39,571 nt of DNA from a virus. Lineage: Duplodnaviria; Caudoviricetes. The notes under the pieces were generated by a model. It was not told the origin of the DNA and did not search any database. It worked only from the letters and a program-made list of their open reading frames with translations. The first letter of the stretch is position 1; each line of letters begins with the position of its first letter. Shown piece after piece: positions 1 through 6,965 of the stretch. The position numbers were made by a program, and so were the translations under genes. Location: positions 1 through 39,571 of IMG/VR virus record IMGVR_UViG_3300033559_000079; one strand, given 5' to 3'.

Positions 1-258
1 GCAGAGATTTTCTGTGAAGAGTACACTAAGGCGTTCCCGGATCGCAAGCTCCGTTCAGATCTTGAAGACGGTGATCGTGACCGCGAGGCGAGTTTCTACG
101 TTCTCAACAAGACAGCAATGCCTGCTGTTCTCACCGAGAACTTCTTCATGGATACCGAGGAAGAGTGCCGAGCTATCCTCATGTCTCCAGAAGGACGCAA
201 GAAAGTAATCGATGTTCATGTGAAAGCTATCAAGAGGGCGATCAATGAACTCAAGTAA
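1..258 (+). CDS. N-acetylmuramoyl-L-alanine amidase (Amidase_3) endolysin, C-terminal part, 5' truncated
   Basis: Not in the ORF track. Frame +1 from base 1 reads AEIFCEEYTKAFPDRKLRSDLEDGDRDREASFYVLNKTAMPAVLTENFFMDTEEECRAILMSPEGRKKVIDVHVKAIKRAINELK*. FYVL..T.MPAVLTENFFMD is the Amidase_3 catalytic-Glu motif. Confidence 0.88.
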   Translation, partial: AEIFCEEYTKAFPDRKLRSDLEDGDRDREASFYVLNKTAMPAVLTENFFMDTEEECRAILMSPEGRKKVIDVHVKAIKRAINELK

Positions 259-886
259 AGCTGTTATCATAGTGCTCGTTGTAGTGCTTGTGATTACCGT
301 TCTTACTTATGAAAATCGTACAAAAATCTTGGGGAGCGACATTTCAGCTCTCCAAGATTCTACTACTCACTTCGTAAATAAAGACGGTGTCCGCGTTGCT
401 GAAATCGCAGCTCTTCAAGGGAAGCTCAAAGACGTGAGTGCAGAGCTTAGCTCGACTGTAAAAGAGCTTGAAATCAAGAACGCCCAGAACGTATCAACGG
501 TGAAGATTTCCGGCGGAACAAAGATCTATGTTAGCCCTCCAAAGAAGTCTGTTGACACGGTAGTTGTGAAAGATACTACATTCACAACGATTATCGTAAG
601 AGACAGCTCCGGAGCGATTGAAGCTGACTTCAAGGTTAGTTTGAAGCTCGACATAGGTACCGGTACGAAGCGCAAGAATATCTTCAGCAAGACAGAGCTT
701 GTAACAGTAGCTAAGGTGAGCGACTCTCGCTTCAATGTAACAGATATCAAGAGCTGGAACAAAGCTCACGAAGGTCCGAAATTACTCGCAGGACCAGCAG
801 TCATCGCAGGTATTGGATACGATGCAATTGATAAAGATTTTGCAGCAATGGTCGGTATTGGAATAGCTATCCAGAGGTGGAAATGA
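245..886 (+). CDS. Putative spanin-like lysis protein (N-terminal TM helix, coiled coil, C-terminal amphipathic beta strands)
   Basis: TM segment AVIIVLVVVLVITVL, coiled coil EIAALQGKLKDVSAELSSTVKELEIK, C-terminus GPAVIAGIGYD...AMVGIGIAIQRWK. It overlaps the amidase stop codon. Confidence 0.55.
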   Translation: MNSSKAVIIVLVVVLVITVLTYENRTKILGSDISALQDSTTHFVNKDGVRVAEIAALQGKLKDVSAELSSTVKELEIKNAQNVSTVKISGGTKIYVSPPKKSVDTVVVKDTTFTTIIVRDSSGAIEADFKVSLKLDIGTGTKRKNIFSKTELVTVAKVSDSRFNVTDIKSWNKAHEGPKLLAGPAVIAGIGYDAIDKDFAAMVGIGIAIQRWK

Positions 887-1746
887 AAACTATCGTAATT
901 TTGGCAGACGGAACTTCAAAGACTCTCAAGAGTATGACGAACGTTGCGAAACTAGCGTCGTCATTTGATGATGATGTTGTGGTGTATTATGATGATGGAG
1001 TTGGGACAGAACCGGGTAATGTGATTCTTGGATCTCTTGTAGGCACTCAGGTTGACAGCAATGCTCTTCAGTGCTATGAGTTTCTCGCACTTAACTACAA
1101 AGCTGGAGATAAGGTTGTGCTCATCGGATACAGCCGCGGAGCTTACACGGTTAGAAGTCTGGCTGGACTTATCTATAACTCAGGACTACCTCGCAAGGAG
1201 AATATTCACCGCATCAACGAGGCTATGGATGCATACAGAAGTCATCACAAGCCAAGTTCTGATATGATGCACCAGTTCCGAGCAAACTTTGGCGAAAGAA
1301 TCAAGATCGACCTTATGCTATTGTTTGACACAGTAGGGTCAATCGTTGGTCAGAAATTCCACGACACTGTTATCAATAGCGATGTAAGAAGAGCTGTTCA
1401 GTTCGCTGCGTACGATGAAGACCGCAGAGTGTTCAGTCTTGTGCCGATAACAAAAATGAGCAACACTGAAACTATTTGGTACAAAGGTGACCACGGGTGT
1501 GTCGGTGGAGGGTACAAGGCAGAGCTTGACCCGCTGTCAAACATCCCGCTCGGAAAAGCTATAGAGGAGCTCAACTTTGCAGGTGTGAATACCAACTTCA
1601 AACTGTTCAAGGTTGATCCTAAGGCTAAGTTCTCGAAGGCGTACAGCGGAGTTAGATTCTTCACCTCTATGTTCGGCAGGAAGAAAAGGGTTCCAGGAGA
1701 CTGGGATTCTTACGACGATAGTGTTATTTACAGATCGATCTTGTAA
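883..1746 (+). CDS. DUF2235 / Tle1-like alpha/beta hydrolase (phospholipase-like)
   Basis: Motifs DGT, TNV, YDDGVGT, GYSRGAYTVRSLAG (GxSxG), LFDTV, AYDEDRRVF and GDHGCVGGG. Confidence 0.88.
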   Translation: MKTIVILADGTSKTLKSMTNVAKLASSFDDDVVVYYDDGVGTEPGNVILGSLVGTQVDSNALQCYEFLALNYKAGDKVVLIGYSRGAYTVRSLAGLIYNSGLPRKENIHRINEAMDAYRSHHKPSSDMMHQFRANFGERIKIDLMLLFDTVGSIVGQKFHDTVINSDVRRAVQFAAYDEDRRVFSLVPITKMSNTETIWYKGDHGCVGGGYKAELDPLSNIPLGKAIEELNFAGVNTNFKLFKVDPKAKFSKAYSGVRFFTSMFGRKKRVPGDWDSYDDSVIYRSIL

Positions 1747-1753
1747 TAACTAT
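1743..1753 (+). promoter_or_regulatory. Recurrent motif GTAATAACTAT, copy 1 (candidate phage promoter)
   Basis: Identical 11-mer at 1743, 6595 and 19782, each at the end of a gene or terminator and upstream of an AGGAGG RBS. Confidence 0.55.
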
Positions 1754-1769
1754 AGTGAAGGAGGATTTT

Positions 1770-1928
1770 ATGGTTCATGGATTCTATTTTTCACCAAATG
1801 AGTTCCGCGTCGTTAACCCTAACAACGGTCATCTCATTAAAAAGTTCGAGTCAATGGAGGCGGCGCAAGCTGAGTATCCAGTTATAAAAGACACAGGGTC
1901 GCTCAAAGATTTTGAGACAACCCTGTGA
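1770..1928 (+). CDS. Small hypothetical protein, 52 aa (MVHGFYFSPNEFRVVNPNNGHLIKKFESMEAAQAEYPVIKDTGSLKDFETTL)
   Basis: Below the ORF-track cut-off. Strong AAGGAGG RBS just upstream; fills the gap before the DUF2829 gene. Confidence 0.7.
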   Translation: MVHGFYFSPNEFRVVNPNNGHLIKKFESMEAAQAEYPVIKDTGSLKDFETTL

Positions 1929-1971
1929 CCCCTTAGGAGGATTCCTAAAAATACATTAAAAGGAGATCGAT

Positions 1972-2220
1972 ATGTTCGATTTTAGTGATGCTCTGAAAGC
2001 TGCAAAAGAAGGCAAGTCAATTCGACGGTCTGGTTGGAATGGTCGTGGAATTTTCGTTAAGGCTCAGTTTCCTGATGAAAATTCAAAGATGAACTCTCCA
2101 TACCTGTACATCGATACGACTGGTCTTCAGAGCGAAAACTCTGCCGCTCCACGAGTATGTACTCCTTGGGTTCCGTCCCAAACAGATATTATGGCTGAAG
2201 ACTGGGAAGTTGTAGTCTAA
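1972..2220 (+). CDS. tad2: DUF2829 / Tad2-like anti-defence signalling-molecule sponge
   Basis: FSDALKAAKEGKSIRRSGWNG...PYLYI...PWVPSQTDIMAEDWEVV is the DUF2829 signature. AAGGAG RBS. Confidence 0.85.
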   Translation: MFDFSDALKAAKEGKSIRRSGWNGRGIFVKAQFPDENSKMNSPYLYIDTTGLQSENSAAPRVCTPWVPSQTDIMAEDWEVVV

Positions 2221-3620
2221 AAGATTTAGTGCTGATGAAGTATGCTCGGTTGTTTCGACTGAGTTCGATTTGAGTCTGCGAGAGTATATCTCAGGATTCC
2301 GCTTCTGGCTTCCGCTTACCGCGGCAGCAGTCGGTCCGGCCTTGAGCCGGCCCCAGACCCGCTGCCGCGGATAGCGACGCCAGAACTACATCCTGAGCTA
2401 TCCCAGTAGCACTTAGAGCACTGTCGTGTTGATGAAGTGACGAAGGAGTGCTTCGCTCTTTCTCCTGTTGAAGCTTGCGTAGTTTGCAAGCCTCTGGCTT
2501 TATGAGCTAGCGACGGCGGCACCAAGGTGCAGCCGTCGTAACTCACACGCCCAAGGCGTGCATGCCTCTCGAGCATGTAGAACACGTTGACGAGATTGCG
2601 TAGGTGTTTCGCCTTCGCCGTATTTTATTGATGAGTGACACAAACTCCGGGTACGTCACGTTCGCCATCGGTAAGTATCCGGGTCGCCCTACGGTCGACC
2701 GAGGATACTGACCATGGCGTACCAGACTCACCCGGAATTCGGGTCCCGATCATGTAGAACGTGAGACGCTGAAGAATTGTGCCGGTGTGTTTCGCACTGG
2801 TTCTTTCCAAGATGTCGAGACACACGCCTGCGACACTATCATCCCGCAGCCTGCTTTCTCCAGCTTTGCAGCTGGTGTGAATACCACCAAGCTTCCGGCT
2901 GGAGACTGCATCGCTGCGTTGATGACGTTGTCGCTAGCGAGCGTCCAAAGCAATTAGAGCGTCGCTGATGAAAGAATGCTTGTGTGACTCGCACAAGTTA
3001 TCTAATGGCTCCTCCCACAAAAGTCTGCGCTCTGCGCTGCACTGCGTTTGCTGGAGCTACGATTTTGCGCTCGTCGCCAGTCGAATTGACTTCTTGACTC
3101 TTCGAGTCTTCGAAGCAATCCGACCGATTTTCGAGCGTGTAGAGTGATGCGTCTTGATGAGAATGCGCGGGTGTCTCGCTCGCGCCATTTTCGATTTAGG
3201 TGGTTTGTGAGATCCAGATTTTTACCACGTCCTGATGTCCTTCTTTGAAGTACATCAGGACGATGCTAAACATCTGGATCCCCCAAGTCTGTATCGTTTA
3301 GAAGATGCTATTGATGAATGAGTGCAAGAGCGTTTCGCTCTTGTTCAAAATGAGTTGCTGATGAGGCAGTTCAGCACACCGGCCTCGGCGGATGCGGCCC
3401 ACTGTCAGGATCTCCCTGGATGGAATCCAGGGAGGGTCTCCCCTTGTTGGGTTCGACCAAATCCTGAAGTGCAGCCGCTACCGCCACGCCTCAGTGCTGC
3501 ACCACCCAGGACGCATTTAGAATAGCGCTGAAGTGGATACCGGTGCGTCTCGCGCCGGTGCTTTAATGTGATTGCGACTATCCAGACACCCCGGTCTGGA
3601 TATGTCAGTATCGTGTAGAG
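2221..3620 (+). ncRNA. Tandem array of 8 structured RNA-like units, unassigned family
   Basis: No credible ORF. Units start at about 2221, 2414, 2578, 2755, 2955, 3140, 3299 and 3518, with a final TAGA at 3616. Each has YTGANG(A), an 8-bp stem with a GNYTC loop and a long hairpin. G-T wobble pairs favour the + strand. Confidence 0.8.
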
Positions 3621-3623
3621 CGT

Positions 3624-3656
3624 AGGCGTCTGGGTAAAACCAGACGTCTTTTTTTT
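3624..3656 (+). terminator. Rho-independent terminator closing the array
   Basis: AGGCGTCTGG-gtaaaa-CCAGACGTCT followed by a T run. Confidence 0.85.
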
Positions 3657-3674
3657 ATCTATTATGGAGGATTT

Positions 3675-3923
3675 ATGAAGGTTGAGGTTGTTGTTTATTA
3701 TGCCGACTGGTGTGGCCCTTGCCACATTCACAGGAAAGCGCTCGAGGATTTCGACTATGTGCTTGAGGTGAATGTTAATGATGCTCAAGACGACGGAGTA
3801 TCAAGAGTTCCGTTTACAGTGTTGAGAGTTGATGATAGGGTTGTTAAGCGACATGAAGGCGCCATGACTACTGAGCAGTTTAAAGATTGGATGGGTGAGT
3901 ATGATCCGGAAAAGAGTTTGTAA
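3675..3923 (+). CDS. Thioredoxin
   Basis: YYADWCGPC active site and the cis-Pro motif GVSRVP. GGAGG RBS. Confidence 0.9.
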   Translation: MKVEVVVYYADWCGPCHIHRKALEDFDYVLEVNVNDAQDDGVSRVPFTVLRVDDRVVKRHEGAMTTEQFKDWMGEYDPEKSL

Positions 3924-4770
3924 GAAGTTTGGTGAGACAAGTCTGTCTGTCAAGCCTTATGGTGGGCATGTGATTAAGTTCGAGCCTATGAAGAGGATAA
4001 CTGTAAGAATTGAATTCAAGCCAGAGATCAAATTCTTTCAGGGTATCAGTATCGAAGGTATTGTATCTATTATTTCAGGGCTTGGGCTTGAGACAAGGTG
4101 GGGGAAGCCTAATGTTCTCTACGTGACAGCGTTTGAAAAGCGCTGGAAGGAATTGAACATGGCTTACTTCAACGGGCTTGGTGTCGATACCATTGTTAAA
4201 AGACTATTCGTCTATTACATGGTTGGGTGTATCAAAGGAATGGATCCTGTGTGCTCTCAGTTCGAATCGATAGGAGACCTGTCTCATGTGTGTAAATCAG
4301 TAAATGTTGCTTCGACTAAGTCCCTGAAAGGGTCAAAGTCGGAATCTATCTATCTTTACTTTACACATCCATCAGAAACTTCAATCAAGAGGCACATGGA
4401 AGGTATTCAGTATCAGCAGTTCTCAATTGGAGAGACGCTTCTCCCTGTGTCGTTGGTTGCGTTCGAAAGCGACCTTGACGGTGATATTGTAAGCACGGCT
4501 TCTCATGATGTGAATGCAGTTCAAAAATGGATTGAGTTCGAACGTGCGAGAGATATATTTAACACCTCGCTCGCCGAAATGGGCCTCGGTCATAACGCTT
4601 GTGAATCAAGCATAACTGTAACAATCATATCTTCAAGCGTAGAGGCTATTGTTAATACGGCTAAAAAGATGATCGATTCAGAAAACGATGAACTATTTCT
4701 ATTGGGTATCAAAATAAAGGAGGTTGTTAATGATTCGTCTGACAGAAGCGCAGATCGAGAAGAAGGTTGA
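3895..4770 (+). CDS. Hypothetical protein, 291 aa (possibly a degenerate ThyX-like fold)
   Basis: Long ORF overlapping both the thioredoxin gene and nrdD. Only weak ThyX-like motifs. Confidence 0.6.
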   Translation: MSMIRKRVCKKFGETSLSVKPYGGHVIKFEPMKRITVRIEFKPEIKFFQGISIEGIVSIISGLGLETRWGKPNVLYVTAFEKRWKELNMAYFNGLGVDTIVKRLFVYYMVGCIKGMDPVCSQFESIGDLSHVCKSVNVASTKSLKGSKSESIYLYFTHPSETSIKRHMEGIQYQQFSIGETLLPVSLVAFESDLDGDIVSTASHDVNAVQKWIEFERARDIFNTSLAEMGLGHNACESSITVTIISSSVEAIVNTAKKMIDSENDELFLLGIKIKEVVNDSSDRSADREEG

Positions 4771-6556
4771 GTTCTTTCACCATTACGTAGAAGCTGAGAA
4801 TGCAGCGACAGGAAGTACGCTCGATGCAAATGCAAACGTATCTTCCAAGAATATCGCCACATACTCTGCTGAGGACGGCAAGGGTGAAAAGGTTCAGCTC
4901 AACAGAGCTCTTATCTGCGAACGTCTTCGGACAATGTACGGTCAGGATGTGGCTAACCAGTACATCGAAGACCTTGAGTCTCATCTGATTTATACTCATG
5001 ACGAAACCTCTTTGATGCCTTACTGTGTAAGCATTTCAATGTACCCGTACCTGATTCACGGGCTAACTCAGCTCGGAGGAGAGTCGGTTGCTCCGAAGCA
5101 TCTTATCGCATTCTGCGGAAGCTTCACTAACTTGATTTTTGCAATCAGCAGTCAGTTCGCTGGAGCTGTTGCAAGTGTTGAGTTCCTTATGATTTTCGAC
5201 TACTTTGCCCGGAAAGATTACGGAGAAGACTATCTTGATAAAATGCCTAAGTTCGTTGACCAGATGCTTCAGCAGGTTGTATTCACTATGAACGAACCGG
5301 CTGGGGCACGCGGATTCCAGAGCTGCTTCTGGAACATCTCTACGTTCGATAAGGATTTCTTCGACGAGATGTTCGGTAAGTTTGTCTTCCCTGACGGCGG
5401 AACGCCTAATTGGGAGACTCTTGATAAGCTGCAGAAGTTCTACCACTCTTGGTTCAGAGAGAACCGCGAACGAGCTCTTCTTACATTCCCGGTTGTTACT
5501 CACAACTCGGTAACAACAGAAGCTGCTCCAAGCGCGACTGCTGAGTGGAAATCTCAGGACTGGTTTGATTTCGTTGCTGAAGAGTTCTCAAAAGGTAGTC
5601 AGTTCTTTATCTACACGTCCGACACTGTTGACTCTTTGTCATCGTGTTGTCGTTTACGAAATGCACTTACTACGAATGAATTCTCGTTCTCTCTCGGCGC
5701 CGGCGGTGTTATGACTGGATCGAAGAACGTGATCTCAATTAATGCAAACAGACTTACTCAGTCTGAGCATGAACTTGAAGATGTCGTTCGTCGTGTTCAT
5801 AAATACCAGACTGCTTTCGAAGCTCATTACCAGTACTTGTTCGAAAAGAACATGCTCCCTGTATACACGGCTGGGTTCGTAACTCTTGAAAAGCAGTATC
5901 TGACAATCGGTATCAATGGTCTCATGGAGTCTGCGGAATACCTTGGATACACTCCGGGTTACAATGAAGATTACATGGCTTACACAGCACAGTTCCTCGG
6001 AACAATTAAGAAGCTCAACGCCGAAGCGAAGGCTACGTATGGAGGGCTTTGGAATACTGAGCTTGTTCCTGCTGAAAGTCTCGGCGTGAAGAATGCGAAG
6101 TGGGACTCTGCTGACGGACTCTGGGTACCGCGCGAGTGTTACAACTCATATTTGTACCCTGTTGAAGATAGCGACATCGACGTGTTCGACAAGATGCGTA
6201 TGCACGGTGTTGAGAACATGAGAAACCTTGACGGTGGATCAGCGTTCCATGACAACCAAGATGAGCTTCTGAGCATTGATCAGTACAAGACGATTCTCAG
6301 ATCTCTTGCTCGGTTTGGGTGTAATTACTACGGGCATAACGTGCCGCGTACACAGTGTAAAGATTGTGGGTACATTAATCCGAACAATCGCAAGGTGTGT
6401 ACGAAGTGTGGGAGTGATCGAGTTCGGTATGCAACTCGCGTGATCGGATATCTCAAGTTTGTTGACAGCTTCAGCAGACCTCGGAAAGATGAACATGCGA
6501 AGCGCGTGTATCGACAGAAGCAGCCGAAGATAGTTCCACCGCTTACTTGCGGATAA
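4730..6556 (+). CDS. nrdD: Anaerobic (class III) ribonucleoside-triphosphate reductase
   Basis: IYTHDE, PYCVS, LTFPV, SSCCRL finger loop, TIGINGL, ELVPAESL, Zn site CKDC...CTKC and glycyl-radical motif TRVIGYL. Confidence 0.95.
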   Translation: MIRLTEAQIEKKVEFFHHYVEAENAATGSTLDANANVSSKNIATYSAEDGKGEKVQLNRALICERLRTMYGQDVANQYIEDLESHLIYTHDETSLMPYCVSISMYPYLIHGLTQLGGESVAPKHLIAFCGSFTNLIFAISSQFAGAVASVEFLMIFDYFARKDYGEDYLDKMPKFVDQMLQQVVFTMNEPAGARGFQSCFWNISTFDKDFFDEMFGKFVFPDGGTPNWETLDKLQKFYHSWFRENRERALLTFPVVTHNSVTTEAAPSATAEWKSQDWFDFVAEEFSKGSQFFIYTSDTVDSLSSCCRLRNALTTNEFSFSLGAGGVMTGSKNVISINANRLTQSEHELEDVVRRVHKYQTAFEAHYQYLFEKNMLPVYTAGFVTLEKQYLTIGINGLMESAEYLGYTPGYNEDYMAYTAQFLGTIKKLNAEAKATYGGLWNTELVPAESLGVKNAKWDSADGLWVPRECYNSYLYPVEDSDIDVFDKMRMHGVENMRNLDGGSAFHDNQDELLSIDQYKTILRSLARFGCNYYGHNVPRTQCKDCGYINPNNRKVCTKCGSDRVRYATRVIGYLKFVDSFSRPRKDEHAKRVYRQKQPKIVPPLTCG

Positions 6557-6566
6557 GGATTGAAAG

Positions 6567-6592
6567 AAGGGGTGTGAGAGCGCCCCTTTTTT
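6567..6592 (+). terminator. Intrinsic terminator after nrdD
   Basis: AAGGGGTG-tgagag-CGCCCCTT followed by a T run. Confidence 0.75.
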
Positions 6593-6594
6593 AT

Positions 6595-6605
6595 GTAATA
6601 ACTAT
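6595..6605 (+). promoter_or_regulatory. GTAATAACTAT, copy 2
   Basis: Lies directly after the terminator and before the AGGAGG RBS of the 6624 ORF. Confidence 0.55.
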
Positions 6606-6623
6606 CATGAATAGGAGGCTTTT

Positions 6624-6965
6624 ATGATAGGAAAAACATTTCCATTTGGGTTGTTAGAGACGGCTGTTGTGACAAGAGAAGGAGTTCCTCAGAAGGGTGA
6701 TATCTTCATAAGCGGAAACCCACCAACTGCGTATGAAGCTTACGCCGACATGTCGCCGAGGGTTTGTTGGTTGGCGGAGAAGGTTGATAGGAAGAGATTC
6801 TCTCCTGAGGATATCAAGAATTGCAGGTGCTTGCCACAGTCTCCGAAAATTGACCTCCTTGAGGTTAGGCTTTCAGAGTTCATAACAAACAACTGCGAAG
6901 GAATGAACAAGGCGGAGGTAGTGACTTCCGTTTCAAATTTACTTAAAAAGATTGAGGCGTTATGA
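6624..6965 (+). CDS. Hypothetical protein
   Basis: AGGAGG RBS; ATGA overlap with the next gene. Confidence 0.7.
   Translation: MIGKTFPFGLLETAVVTREGVPQKGDIFISGNPPTAYEAYADMSPRVCWLAEKVDRKRFSPEDIKNCRCLPQSPKIDLLEVRLSEFITNNCEGMNKAEVVTSVSNLLKKIEAL

Noticed and set aside
14-270. Track ORFs 14-208 (+) and 55-270 (-)
   Set aside because: The real coding frame is +1 from base 1 (amidase C-terminus); these are shadow ORFs.
2232-3560. Tandem hammerhead ribozymes (CUGANGA core)
   Set aside because: The required GAAA after stem II is missing on the same strand (GAAAC occurs only as the reverse complement of the loop). Half the units have U at the C3 position, and no consistent stem I is present. A novel ribozyme is not excluded.
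2290-3615. Integron attC sites or a cassette array
   Set aside because: The hairpins are not bounded by RYYYAAC/GTTRRRY, there are no cassette ORFs between them, and no integrase is in the window.
2221-3620. CRISPR array
   Set aside because: There are no near-identical 23-50 nt direct repeats, the period is about 100-220 nt, the intervening sequences are highly structured, and no cas genes are in the window.
2221-3620. tRNA cluster, tmRNA or group I/II intron
   Set aside because: No cloverleaf with a properly placed T-loop and acceptor stem is visible. The region does not interrupt a gene, and I see no group II domain V or group I core. The periodic architecture argues against one large fold.
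2316-3788. Short ORFs over the array (2316-2585, 2543-2731, 2625-2825, 2750-2953, 2777-2968, 3322-3525, 3405-3788)
   Set aside because: They lack RBSs, overlap each other on both strands and have atypical Arg/Ser/Cys/Pro-rich composition. They are by-products of GC-rich hairpins.
4730-6556. Intron or intein in nrdD (also checked terL and the helicase)
   Set aside because: The ORFs are continuous, of normal length, and show no intein splice or homing endonuclease motifs.
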